62,158 bases of DNA from Candidatus Magasanikiibacteriota bacterium (GTDB taxonomy: Bacteria > Patescibacteriota > Patescibacteriia > Magasanikbacterales > UBA922): the NCBI GenBank assembly GCA_035389585.1, contig DAOOSC010000002.1:1-62158 (forward strand), read 5' to 3'. Each line of letters starts with the position of its first letter. Positions within the stretch are counted from its first letter, which is position 1. Under the pieces are notes generated by a model that had not been told where the DNA came from, did not search any database, and saw only the letters and a program-made list of their open reading frames with translations. The position numbers and the translations under genes are program-made. This document shows positions 45,997 to 57,032 of this stretch, one piece after another.

Positions 45997-46677
45997 TTAG
46001 GCTTCGATCGCAATCTTGATACTTGGGCCCATCGTCGAGCAGATTACCAAATTTTTGAGGTAAGTGCCTTTTGATGAACTTGGTTTGGCCTTCTTCACTG
46101 CATCAAGTAGGGCATTCAAATTCTCAACCAGTTGGGTTTCGGTGAAGTTCACTTTGCCGAATACCTGGTGCAAGTTGGCCGTGTCGTCATTTTTGAAAGT
46201 GATTTTGCCCTTTTTGAGGTCACCAATCATTTTCTTCAAATCTGTTCCGACAGTTTCTGTCTTTGGGTTCGGCATGAGGCCCTTTGGACCCAAGACTTTG
46301 GCGGCGAGCGCCATTTTCGGCATCATTTCCGGAGTCGCAACGGCGACATCAAAAGTGATTACGCCAGTGTCCTTGATTTTTTTGATGTCCTCTTCGGTAT
46401 AAACGAAATCGGCACCTGCCTCTTTGGCAGACTTTTCGTCATTTGAACCAACGAATGCGGCCACTTTTTTGGTCTTGCCAGTTCCGTTTGGCAAAATGAC
46501 CGTCGCGCGAACCTGTTGGTCGCTTTTCTTTGGGTCAATACCGAGGCGGGCATGCAATTCAACTGAAGCGTTGAACTTGACATTGTGCGTTTCCTTGATG
46601 AGCTTGATGGCCTCATCGACCGAGTAGACCTTTGTACTATCCACCTTGTTTTTCAAGGCTTCCATTCTCTTCGACAT
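45997..46677 (-). CDS. rplA: 50S ribosomal protein L1
   Basis: MSKRMEALKNKVD..KFNASVELHARLGIDPKKSDQQVR. ATG at 46677, downstream of its own promoter. Confidence 0.93.
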   Translation of the reverse strand: MSKRMEALKNKVDSTKVYSVDEAIKLIKETHNVKFNASVELHARLGIDPKKSDQQVRATVILPNGTGKTKKVAAFVGSNDEKSAKEAGADFVYTEEDIKKIKDTGVITFDVAVATPEMMPKMALAAKVLGPKGLMPNPKTETVGTDLKKMIGDLKKGKITFKNDDTANLHQVFGKVNFTETQLVENLNALLDAVKKAKPSSSKGTYLKNLVICSTMGPSIKIAIEA

Positions 46678-46788
46678 ATGAGATACTTTTTGTGGTAGTA
46701 GCCCTCGATTAGCTCTAAGGTATGTGCTTAGACACGAGGTCCCACTGAATAAAACGTATGCCACAAGTTGTGCTCATGGCTTACTCGT

Positions 46789-46817
46789 ATTGTACCCGAA
46801 AACAGGCTTTGTGTCAA
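46789..46817 (-). promoter_or_regulatory. sigma70 promoter dedicated to rplA
   Basis: Minus strand: ttgaca (46817-46812), 17 nt, tacaat (46794-46789). Followed by a structured leader of about 105 nt. Confidence 0.55.
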
Positions 46818-46833
46818 TTAGTTATCCACGGAC

Positions 46834-46856
46834 GAAAAAGCCCTGATGAGGGGCTT
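46834..46856 (-). terminator. intrinsic terminator after ldh
   Basis: Minus strand: hairpin aagccc(c)-tcatc-(a)gggctt followed by T5. Confidence 0.65.
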
Positions 46857-46881
46857 GTGGATAAGTCTGTTGACGGCAGGT

Positions 46882-47814
46882 CTATTCGATGCTTTTGATG
46901 ATTTTTCCTATTATCTTAGCGGAATTTTGAAAGCGTTTGCTTTCGTCGCTGTGGAGTTTCACTGGCCAGTGACCGAGGATGCCGTGACGACCGATAATCG
47001 CCGGAGAACCGAGGCAGACCCCGGAGACACCGTTGCAACGAACGAGGTGGGTGGTGATTGGGAGGATCTTTTTTTGGTCGAATAGGATGGATTCGATAAT
47101 GTCGGCGACGACGAGAGCGATTCCGTAGAAAGTGGCACCTTTTCGGCTAATGATTTCGTATGCTTTGTTGCGTACTTGTTCTTCGATTTTCTTTTTTAGG
47201 GCTGGGGAAAGTGCTTTTATGTCGGAAGCTGGGATTCCACCGACAGTCACAGTGCTCCAGGCGACAAATTCAGAATCACCGTGTTCGCCGAGCACAAAAC
47301 CTTGAACAGATTGGGGGTACACTTCGAGAGCTTGGGAGATGGCAATTTGGAGACGCGCGCTGTCGAGTGTCGTGCCTGTACCGAAAACTTGATGTTCTGG
47401 TAATCCGGAAATCTTTTGGGCGAGATATGTCAAAATGTCGACTGGGTTGGCGACGATGACGACGATTGTATCATCACGCAATTTACCGATGCCGGCAAAA
47501 ATTTCTTCAAGTATTTTTTTATTTTTGGTAATCAGGTCAAGACGAGTTTCACCTGGTTTTTGGGGAAGTCCGGCTGTAATAATAATTACATCAGCGTCGG
47601 CGGCATCAGGATAATTCGCGCCGATAATTCCGCCCGTCTCTGTGAAACAGAGGCCGTCACGAATGTCCATCACTTCGCCCTCTTCTTTTTTTTCATTGAC
47701 ATCGATGAGGAGAATTTGGGCGGCAATATTGCGAATTGCGGCCGCGTATGCCGAGGTAGCGCCGACGGCTCCGGCACCGATGATCGCGATTTTGTGGGTA
47801 GGGAATTTAGACAT
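46882..47814 (-). CDS. ldh: L-lactate dehydrogenase
   Basis: IIGAGAVG Rossmann motif. AGLPQKPGETRLDL (Gln rather than the Arg of MDH). GEHGDSE. ATG at 47814 preferred over the TTG at 47847. Confidence 0.88.
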   Translation of the reverse strand: MSKFPTHKIAIIGAGAVGATSAYAAAIRNIAAQILLIDVNEKKEEGEVMDIRDGLCFTETGGIIGANYPDAADADVIIITAGLPQKPGETRLDLITKNKKILEEIFAGIGKLRDDTIVVIVANPVDILTYLAQKISGLPEHQVFGTGTTLDSARLQIAISQALEVYPQSVQGFVLGEHGDSEFVAWSTVTVGGIPASDIKALSPALKKKIEEQVRNKAYEIISRKGATFYGIALVVADIIESILFDQKKILPITTHLVRCNGVSGVCLGSPAIIGRHGILGHWPVKLHSDESKRFQNSAKIIGKIIKSIE

Positions 47815-47839
47815 ATTAGATGTGTTTTGTTTTGTTAGA

Positions 47840-48262
47840 TTATTCAACCTCTTTCTTCTTTTTGTCAGATCTGAGTACGAGCAAATGTCCTGTAAAGATC
47901 AATACACCAACGATTAGGATCGAGATCTGGTTGGAAGCTTCTTGTTGCATATTGGCTTTTTTCCAGTCGGTATTTTTATTTTTTTCCTGCCAAATTTTGT
48001 AATCGGTTTGCCATTGTTCGAGAGCTTGTTTTTCGTCAGTGGTCAGTTTGATCGTGCCGAGGTCGGTTTCTGTGCCAACTTTTCCGATATATGGCGCTGT
48101 CGGCATATTGTACTGATATTGTGTCTCGGCCGCGAGTGGAAAAACCCATGCTTGGAGACTGAGACGAATGAGTTGCGCGGCCGGAATGGCTATCATCATG
48201 AGACCGACAAATGTCGCGAGATAGAGATAGATATTACGAATGAGACTGGTGGTTTTCGACAT
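47840..48262 (-). CDS. hypothetical membrane protein
   Basis: 140-aa ORF with two TMs separated by a soluble loop. Confidence 0.55.
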   Translation of the reverse strand: MSKTTSLIRNIYLYLATFVGLMMIAIPAAQLIRLSLQAWVFPLAAETQYQYNMPTAPYIGKVGTETDLGTIKLTTDEKQALEQWQTDYKIWQEKNKNTDWKKANMQQEASNQISILIVGVLIFTGHLLVLRSDKKKKEVE

Positions 48263-48323
48263 ACGGATTGATTAAAAAATTACGGTGATATTATACCAAG
48301 ATAAGATTGGGGTGTACAGTGGG

Positions 48324-48353
48324 TTGACAAAAACATTTCATCGTGGTTATATT
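48324..48353 (+). promoter_or_regulatory. sigma70 promoter of cassette D
   Basis: ttgaca (48324-48329), 18 nt, tatatt (48348-48353). Confidence 0.55.
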
Positions 48354-48391
48354 ACCCCTAACACACTTTTCAAGTATATTAGGAGGGGTAA

Positions 48392-48952
48392 ATGTTAGAT
48401 GGCTGTTTCATCTTGTATATTCCGCCAGAAATTGGTCCCGGCACCGAGTCGGATTCGGTTGAAATGAAGAAAATAGATCGGATGAAAGAGGCTATTGTTT
48501 GGAATCTGGATCTCGTCGTCGGTCGTCCGAGAGTGGTCGTTGCTCATTCGCCGCGAGCTTCTTGCGCGAGAGGGATTGGTCGATTATTTAATGAGGTGTT
48601 CACGTCGGTATTCATTTCAGACACGCGGCTGGTGTGTCCAGATCCTTCACATCCGAACGATGTGCATGCCGATGTTTCACGGGTGATTAGTGAAATGCGA
48701 GTGACCGCGCGCCGTGAAAACTCAGGTTATTTGTACGCTCTTTGTCTGGACCATGTTCCGACGATTCGGATTTTACTGGAGCAGATATTGGGGGAAGATT
48801 TTCCGCGTTGCGACAAAATAATACGGTATGGTCCGAACACCTGTCTGATGATTGGTGATAAATACGGATCGGTCGCGTGTTATCACGCGGAAACGACGAG
48901 TAAGGTTGTTCATTTATTTCAATTTCCGCGTTCCTTTCGCCGGAGTATTTGA
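48392..48952 (+). CDS. orphan hypothetical protein (cassette D); weak resemblance to the histidine-phosphatase fold
   Basis: 186 aa. SD aggagggg before the ATG. HSPRASCARGIG and CLDHVPTIRILLEQILG loosely resemble the SPLxRAxxTA and VSHGGxIRALL blocks of the PGAM/SixA family. The RHG motif is absent (PPE instead). Confidence 0.6.
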   Translation: MLDGCFILYIPPEIGPGTESDSVEMKKIDRMKEAIVWNLDLVVGRPRVVVAHSPRASCARGIGRLFNEVFTSVFISDTRLVCPDPSHPNDVHADVSRVISEMRVTARRENSGYLYALCLDHVPTIRILLEQILGEDFPRCDKIIRYGPNTCLMIGDKYGSVACYHAETTSKVVHLFQFPRSFRRSI

Positions 48953-48962
48953 AGGCGTGTGA

Positions 48963-49001
48963 CACCCGGGCCAATGATATTTTTGGTGCCGGGTTTTTTT
49001 A
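48963..49001 (+). terminator. intrinsic terminator after cassette D
   Basis: Hairpin acccgg..ccgggt (with inner ccaa/ttgg) followed by T7. Confidence 0.6.
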
Positions 49002-49004
49002 TAT

Positions 49005-49036
49005 CAAAAACGACCCTGTTACAGGTCGTTTTTTGT
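49005..49036. terminator. bidirectional terminator (serves rplK on the minus strand)
   Basis: A-run, hairpin aacgacc-ctgttaca-ggtcgtt, then T-run. Confidence 0.7.
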
Positions 49037-49050
49037 GTATGAGTTTCGGG

Positions 49051-49476
49051 TTAATCCACCACTTGAACACCCATTTGGCGAGCGGTGCCAGCGAGAAGTC
49101 GCATGGCCGCCTCCACGTCTGTAGTATTCATATCTACCATTTTTTTCAAAGCAATTTCTTTGAGTTGGGCCTTGGTGATTTTGCCGACTTTGTCTTTCAA
49201 AGGATTGGCAGAGCCTTTTGTAATTCCAGCGGCTTTTTTGATGAGTTCTCCGGCCGGAGCGACTTTCATGATGAAAGTGTAACTGCGGTCATCGAATACG
49301 CTAATTACGACCGGCACCACTTCACCTTTTTTGTCTTTCGTCTTGTCGTTGAATTCTTTACAGAATCCAGCAATGTTCAAACCATGTTGACCGAGAGCTG
49401 GGCCGATTGGTGGCGCTGGTGTAGCGGCACCACCGACGATCTGCAATTTGATCTGGGTGACTAATTTTTTTGCCAT
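49051..49476 (-). CDS. rplK: 50S ribosomal protein L11
   Basis: [25 protein letters not shown].. 141 aa. Confidence 0.95.
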   Translation of the reverse strand: MAKKLVTQIKLQIVGGAATPAPPIGPALGQHGLNIAGFCKEFNDKTKDKKGEVVPVVISVFDDRSYTFIMKVAPAGELIKKAAGITKGSANPLKDKVGKITKAQLKEIALKKMVDMNTTDVEAAMRLLAGTARQMGVQVVD

Positions 49477-49537
49477 ATTAATTATTATTTAATTTTGCGA
49501 TCGGGTGAGAAGCGCCTTAACGGCCACCGCGACGGCT

Positions 49538-49589
49538 TTATTGAGCCGATGCTATGTGAGGATTTTCGCACACAGTATCGGCTCAATAA
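49538..49589. other. long, nearly perfect hairpin (about 21 bp) in the nusG-rplK spacer
   Basis: tttattgagccgat(g)ctatgtg-aggattttcg-cacacag(t)atcggctcaataaa. No adjacent U-tract on either strand. Confidence 0.6.
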
Positions 49590-49600
49590 ATAACTTGGAT

Positions 49601-50146
49601 TTAGATTTTTTTGACTTGAAGAGCGTCTAATTCTACCGGTGTTTCGCGACCGAACATGTTCACGAGGACTTTTACTTTGCCACGTTCAGCGTCGACATTG
49701 GAGATCTTACCCTCGAAGTTCTTGAACGGACCATCATTGATACGAACTGCGTCATTAATTTCCATGTCAATCGTGTGGGTTGGTTCATTCACACCCATGC
49801 GTTTTTGGAGACCTTCGACTTCTTTGTTGTCGATTGGTGTCGGAGTCGTACCGGAGCCGACAAACCCTGTCACATTTGGCGTGTTGCGTACCACATACCA
49901 GGAATCATCGGTGACGATCATCTCGACGAGCACGTAGCCTGGGAAGATTTTTTCTTCGATTACATTTCGTTTGCCATTTTTGATTTTAATTTTTTTCTCT
50001 TTTGGGACGAGGACAGTGAAGATTTTATCATGCATGTCAAAAGAATCGATTCTCTGTTCGAGATTTCTTTTCACATTTTCTTCGTATCCACTGTATGTGT
50101 GGAGCACGTACCAGCGTTTTCCTAGGTTTAAGGTTTGTTTGGCCAT
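49601..50146 (-). CDS. nusG: transcription termination/antitermination factor NusG
   Basis: KRWYVLHTYSGYEENV NGN domain and a C-terminal KOW. 181 aa. Confidence 0.94.
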   Translation of the reverse strand: MAKQTLNLGKRWYVLHTYSGYEENVKRNLEQRIDSFDMHDKIFTVLVPKEKKIKIKNGKRNVIEEKIFPGYVLVEMIVTDDSWYVVRNTPNVTGFVGSGTTPTPIDNKEVEGLQKRMGVNEPTHTIDMEINDAVRINDGPFKNFEGKISNVDAERGKVKVLVNMFGRETPVELDALQVKKI

Positions 50147-50170
50147 ATGAATAAGCGCGACAGGCGCCGT

Positions 50171-50359
50171 TTATTTAATTTGTAAGAATTGGGCAAGACC
50201 GAGATTGAAAACGTAGTCGAGAATTCCGAAAAATACGGCGACGGAAATACTCAAAGCGATGACGACGAGAGTGTAATTGATCGTTTGTTTTTTGGTTGGC
50301 CAAACGACCTTTTTCATTTCAGCGATTGCCTCGCGGAAATACGCGAAAATTTTGTTCAT
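50171..50359 (-). CDS. secE: preprotein translocase subunit SecE
   Basis: 62 aa from the ATG at 50359. EMKKVVWPTKKQ followed by a single TM. Conserved position upstream of nusG. Confidence 0.85.
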   Translation of the reverse strand: MNKIFAYFREAIAEMKKVVWPTKKQTINYTLVVIALSISVAVFFGILDYVFNLGLAQFLQIK

Positions 50360-50405
50360 ATAATTTTTTGTATCTAAAAACGGCCATTGGCCGATTTCAA
50401 GAGTA

Positions 50406-50434
50406 ATTATACGGTAAAATAGGGTATTTGTCAA
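50406..50434 (-). promoter_or_regulatory. consensus sigma70 promoter of secE-nusG
   Basis: Minus strand: ttgaca (50434-50429), 17 nt, tataat (50411-50406). Confidence 0.6.
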
Positions 50435-50473
50435 TGGGTGGGGTGGATAAGTCATAAAAAATGATTTTGAATC

Positions 50474-50503
50474 AAAAAACCCGCCAAATTGACGGGTTTT
50501 TTG
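50474..50503. terminator. bidirectional terminator (after gyrB on the minus strand)
   Basis: A-run, hairpin cccg..cggg extended by A-T pairs, then T-run. Confidence 0.6.
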
Positions 50504-50514
50504 GAATTTTTTGC

Positions 50515-52617
<2,103 letters not shown>

Positions 52618-52717
52618 TTATCACACCGGGCCAAAATGAGCAAGTGAGATTGTGGGATTTTTTATTTTGCTTTTGAGCAAAAAATATTGTATAATAACAA
52701 ACGCATATAATAATTTT

Positions 52718-53623
52718 ATGAACAAAAAATCTGGCGTAGCGCAATTCGAGAAATATGAAGATCCAAGTGGGGAATTACCAACATGGCAGTTCAAGCTGGC
52801 GCGATGGTATATTGCACACAAACTTAAAATGCGCCGGATGGTTGTTTGGGTGCTGGGTGTGTTCTGTGTCGTGACTATTGGGTATGGTATTTTCGGTTGG
52901 GGGTATTATGCGGTGGTGGGGTATTATAGAGACAAAGCAATGCTCGCTCTCCAAGTAGAAGAGGCGTCCAATTTCGCCAATGTAGCGCAACTGACAGGAG
53001 CACGTCCTCTCGAGATTGGTGTACCGACGGTCTATTCGAGTGTCACGGACAAGGTTGATTTTATCACTTTGGTGCGTAATCCTAATTCTCGTTGGGTGGC
53101 GGATGTGGAGTTTAAATATGTTTTTGCTGATGGTGAGACTCCTGCAGTTCATGCTTTTGTTCTTCCGGGGGTAGAGATGCCTTTGTCGTATTTTGGCCAT
53201 ACTGTTGTCGGCGCGTATCCATCTATTGTTGACTTGAAAATTATCAACGTATCTTGGAAAAAAGTTAACGCTCACTTGGTACCTGATGTCACCGCCTTTG
53301 GGGGGGTTCATGCGAACTTTCTAGTGGAAGATTTTGCTTTCACTCAGGCTGGTACGGTATCCGAATCACCGACGAATCGGATTCAATTCATTTTGCACAA
53401 TAATTCTCCTTACTCCTATTGGGAAGGCAGGTTCTATGTAGAATTGTTGAGCGGTGGTACTCCGGTCGGGGTGTTCTATGTAAGTGTGAATAATTTCAGG
53501 GCGAACGAGAGGCGGGTAATTGATGTTCGTTCGCTGAGCAATGGTCTGTATGGGGACGATGTCCGAGTGGTACCGCTTATGAACATTTTTGATCCGTCTG
53601 AATATATGGCGGTTGGTGCATGA
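52718..53623 (+). CDS. hypothetical N-terminally anchored protein
   Basis: ATG at 52718. One or two TMs (VVWVLGVFCVVTIGYGIFGWGYYAVVGYY) followed by a beta-rich domain. Ends 4 nt before the SEDS gene. Confidence 0.6.
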   Translation: MNKKSGVAQFEKYEDPSGELPTWQFKLARWYIAHKLKMRRMVVWVLGVFCVVTIGYGIFGWGYYAVVGYYRDKAMLALQVEEASNFANVAQLTGARPLEIGVPTVYSSVTDKVDFITLVRNPNSRWVADVEFKYVFADGETPAVHAFVLPGVEMPLSYFGHTVVGAYPSIVDLKIINVSWKKVNAHLVPDVTAFGGVHANFLVEDFAFTQAGTVSESPTNRIQFILHNNSPYSYWEGRFYVELLSGGTPVGVFYVSVNNFRANERRVIDVRSLSNGLYGDDVRVVPLMNIFDPSEYMAVGA

Positions 53624-53627
53624 GCCT

Positions 53628-54740
53628 ATGTTGAAAATTGGGAGTTTTTGGAGATTTTATAAAAATTTTGACTGGATATTGCTTTTGGCAGTGATTGTGG
53701 TATCCGCGATTGGCCTCGCGGCGATTTATAGTATCGATTTATCGCTCGGTGGAAATAAATTAAGGTATTTCCCGACTCAGGCCACAGCTCTCGCCATTGG
53801 TCTCGTTGTTTTATTTGTGGCGGCTTCTTTTCATGCCTCTTTTTATTGGGTGAGTGCGCGAGCGATATATGGTTTTACAATCTTGAGTTTGGTAGCTGTA
53901 TTATTTTTGGGTACCACGATTCGTGGCACGCGTGGTTGGTTTCGTGTGGTGGGGTTTTCTTTCCAGCCGGCAGAATTAGCCAAAGTCGCTTTGGTGATTT
54001 TTCTCGCCTGGCTCATCAATCGTTATGGTCGACGTTTCGAGAAATATAAATTCGTCGTTTCTACCGGATTATTTTCCCTCTTTCCGATGGTGCTGATCAT
54101 GCTTCAGCCGGATCTCGGTTCGGCGATTGTACTCGGTGCTGTCTGGCTCGGTCTCATGGTCGCGACGGGGACACGGAAGCGATTTGTTTTCGGAGTATTA
54201 GGGATTACGATTTGCGCTTTTTTAGTGGGTTGGTTTTTCCTTTTCAAAGATTATCAAAAAGAACGTTTTTTGACATTTATCTATCCGGATAGGGACCCTT
54301 TGCGTTCTGGTTACAACGTTTCACAGTCTCTGATTGCGATTGGTTCTGGTGGGGTATTTGGGCGGGGTCTCGGATTTGGCTCACAGTCACAATTACATTT
54401 TTTACCAGAAGCCCAAACTGATTTCATATTCTCTGTGGTTGCCGAAGAATTGGGTTTCATTGGGATTACCATGGTTCTCACTCTTTATGTATTGATTTTT
54501 TGGCGACTGCTCAGGATTGCGCGCCTGGGGAGTGATGATTTCGGGGCGTATTGTGTGGTGGGGGTTTTACTTGTGTTTCTCGTGCAAATCATAATCAATA
54601 TCGGGGGCGCAACAGGCTTTCTCCCAGTCACCGGTATCACTTTACCTTTTTTGAGTTATGGAGGTTCATCTATTGTGATTAATTTACTTTTGGTGGGTAT
54701 TGCCGAGAGCATCGCGCGGGCCAGCAAACAGAGCTCTTGA
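53628..54740 (+). CDS. SEDS family peptidoglycan polymerase (FtsW/RodA)
   Basis: Polytopic protein with FQPAELAKV, SGGVFGRGLGFGSQ, TDFIFSVVAEELGF, LPFLSYGGSS. Confidence 0.9.
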   Translation: MLKIGSFWRFYKNFDWILLLAVIVVSAIGLAAIYSIDLSLGGNKLRYFPTQATALAIGLVVLFVAASFHASFYWVSARAIYGFTILSLVAVLFLGTTIRGTRGWFRVVGFSFQPAELAKVALVIFLAWLINRYGRRFEKYKFVVSTGLFSLFPMVLIMLQPDLGSAIVLGAVWLGLMVATGTRKRFVFGVLGITICAFLVGWFFLFKDYQKERFLTFIYPDRDPLRSGYNVSQSLIAIGSGGVFGRGLGFGSQSQLHFLPEAQTDFIFSVVAEELGFIGITMVLTLYVLIFWRLLRIARLGSDDFGAYCVVGVLLVFLVQIIINIGGATGFLPVTGITLPFLSYGGSSIVINLLLVGIAESIARASKQSS

Positions 54741-54783
54741 CATATTTTAGCGAAAATGTTATATTATTCCCGCTCCATAAAAT

Positions 54784-55143
54784 ATGAAACGAGAACAGTC
54801 AAAAATCGGTCCAGAGTCAGTGCAATGTCCTTTTTGTTCAAAAAAATTTTCGAAGAAGGGGATACGTAGTTTGGCGAGTCGATCGATGGGTGTGGAGTCG
54901 TATCATGCCACTTGTCTATCATGTGGGAACAATGTCCTCCTGCGTATTTTGCTCCTGCCGAATGGAATTGCTTCTCTCGGTGTTGTCACTGATTTGAAGA
55001 GTGAGGATGCGCTCTCGATTATGTCTCGTCCCGCGCTCGCTGAATCTGAACTGCTGGCTTTTCACAAGGTTTTATGCGCGCGAAATTTTAGTGATTTATT
55101 TTTTGAAAAAATTGTTCCGCCATCGTCCCAGATGGTTCAATGA
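54784..55143 (+). CDS. hypothetical zinc-ribbon protein
   Basis: 119-aa ORF with CPFC..x24..CLSC. Confidence 0.45.
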   Translation: MKREQSKIGPESVQCPFCSKKFSKKGIRSLASRSMGVESYHATCLSCGNNVLLRILLLPNGIASLGVVTDLKSEDALSIMSRPALAESELLAFHKVLCARNFSDLFFEKIVPPSSQMVQ

Positions 55144-55163
55144 AATTAATTAAAACATATTCT

Positions 55164-55856
55164 ATGTCAGTCGTATTTAATGCAAAAAAAAGACAATCGG
55201 GTAATGCTAGTGAAGATCGGATTTCCAAAGTGATTCCGGCCGTCGTTTATGGTCCAGGTTTCCAGCCAATTTCGGTCGGAGTAGAATACAATCCGTTCGA
55301 GAAATTGTATAATTCGGTCGGTGGTGCTGAGCTCATTGATCTCGTTATCGAAGGTGAGAAAGAGCCGGTCAAGGTTTTGATTCAAGCAGTGCAGTTCGAT
55401 CCAATACACAGTACGATTACTCACATTGATTTCCGTGGCATTGATCCAAGCAAAGAAATGGTGGTAAAAATTCACCTTCGTTTTGTCGGCGAATCTGCGG
55501 CTGTGAAAGAAATGGGTGGTACGTTCGTGAAGTTGGCAGATGCTGTCGAAGCGAAGTGCTTACCGAAGGATTTGGTCGGTGAAATTCAGGTGGATATCAG
55601 CTCACTCAAAACTTTTGAAGATGCGCTTCGAATTTCCGATTTGGTTTTGCCGGGTGGTATCAAACCAGTAGGCAATCCGAGCCAGATCATCGCCAAGGTG
55701 ACTCCACCTCTCACAGAGGAACAGTTGAAAGCGATGGAGGAGGCTGGTACGAAAGGTGTCGCTGACATCGAAGTGGTGAAGAAAGAAAAGAAAGTTGAAG
55801 AAGGTGCTGTCGCAGAAGATGCTGAAGCGGCTGACAAAAAAGACGCTAAAAAATAA
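55164..55856 (+). CDS. rplY: 50S ribosomal protein L25/Ctc
   Basis: SKVIPAVVYGPG..., ..QAVQFDPIHSTITHIDF. Acidic/Lys-rich tail. ATG at 55164. Confidence 0.88.
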   Translation: MSVVFNAKKRQSGNASEDRISKVIPAVVYGPGFQPISVGVEYNPFEKLYNSVGGAELIDLVIEGEKEPVKVLIQAVQFDPIHSTITHIDFRGIDPSKEMVVKIHLRFVGESAAVKEMGGTFVKLADAVEAKCLPKDLVGEIQVDISSLKTFEDALRISDLVLPGGIKPVGNPSQIIAKVTPPLTEEQLKAMEEAGTKGVADIEVVKKEKKVEEGAVAEDAEAADKKDAKK

Positions 55857-55862
55857 ACTTAC

Positions 55863-55890
55863 AAAAGCGCTCCATTCGGGGCGCTTTTTG
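55863..55890 (+). terminator. intrinsic terminator after rplY
   Basis: Hairpin gcgctcc-attc-ggggcgc followed by T5. Confidence 0.7.
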
Positions 55891-55957
55891 GTTGCAGAAA
55901 ATGTGGATATTTGGCATAATATGATAAATAAATTTAGAATCGGTTTTCAACTAAACT

Positions 55958-57031
55958 ATGAAATTAAAATCTAAAAAAGAGATGGACGTGGCGCGCCTAT
56001 TTTATATATTAGGAACGATTGTGTTGGTGGTGGCGGTTGGTCTATTTATCTTTTTTATTTCGCCTTCGTTGCGTTTCGGGGGCGGTCATGCTGGAGATTT
56101 AGATGTTGGGGGTTCTGGAATTGCGGCGGAGTGCAAATTGCGTCGAGCGTTGGATGGTGTCTGTGTCAATACTGTGAGCGAGGTTTATCCGCGCGCAGTA
56201 GGCGTGATGATCGAAAATCATTTTGATTCTTGGCCACAGGCTGGTCTCAGAGAGGCGAGTGTGGTGTATGAGGCGCCGGTCGAGGCGGGGATTACGCGTT
56301 TCTTGGCGATTTATCCAGCAATGATGAATGTCCCAAAAGTTGGTCCGGTGCGCAGTGCTCGACCGTACTATCTCGATTGGATTTCAGAGTATAGTTCTGC
56401 TCCATATTTCCATGTTGGTGGATCACCGGCCGCTTTGCAGTTGATTCATGATCGTCAAATGGTGTCGGGGGTAAATGAAATGACACGGGGCTGGTATTTC
56501 TGGCGGGCTCCGAATCGCTTCGCGCCCCACAATACCTACACATCGAGTGATCTGTGGAATAAGGCGATTGTGGATTTTGGGGATAAGTTGTTGGCTGGTG
56601 AATATGACTCTTGGCAATTCAATACTATGTCTGCGACGGGTACAGCGGCGACGGATCTGAAAATTAAATTTGCTCCGCCGGTATATTCTGTTTCTTGGCA
56701 TTTCGTGAGCACTACTTCTCAATATCTCCGCGATCAGGCGGGGGATGCACACCTCGATGAGACAGGACAGCAAATTTATGCCGATAATGTTGTCATAATT
56801 ACGACCGACATCGGTGTCATCGACGAAGTAGGGCGGAGAGAAATTCGCACTATGGGTGGAGGAGGGTGTGTCGTCGCGCGCGATGGTGTCGTGATCGAGG
56901 GTAAATGGGTGAAAAACAGTCCGGCGCAGAGAATCCATTGTGTGGACGAGGGTGGTAGAGAAATTAGCCTACGCTCTGGGCATACTTGGGTGGAAATTAG
57001 GAATGAAAAAATTATTGTTGAGTATAAATAG
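55958..57031 (+). CDS. DUF3048 (YerB-like) secreted/anchored protein
   Basis: N-terminal TM. AVGVMIENHFDSWPQAGLREASVVYEAPVEAGITRFLAIY matches the DUF3048 signature region. Confidence 0.8.
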   Translation: MKLKSKKEMDVARLFYILGTIVLVVAVGLFIFFISPSLRFGGGHAGDLDVGGSGIAAECKLRRALDGVCVNTVSEVYPRAVGVMIENHFDSWPQAGLREASVVYEAPVEAGITRFLAIYPAMMNVPKVGPVRSARPYYLDWISEYSSAPYFHVGGSPAALQLIHDRQMVSGVNEMTRGWYFWRAPNRFAPHNTYTSSDLWNKAIVDFGDKLLAGEYDSWQFNTMSATGTAATDLKIKFAPPVYSVSWHFVSTTSQYLRDQAGDAHLDETGQQIYADNVVIITTDIGVIDEVGRREIRTMGGGGCVVARDGVVIEGKWVKNSPAQRIHCVDEGGREISLRSGHTWVEIRNEKIIVEYK

Positions 57032-57032
57032 T

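Noticed and set aside
52775-53311. 178-aa minus-strand ORF, together with a similar antisense ORF at 56423-56938 (171 aa).
   Set aside because: Both lie entirely inside better-supported plus-strand genes (the anchored protein at 52718-53623 and the DUF3048 protein). Both have Arg/His-rich translations typical of antisense frames.
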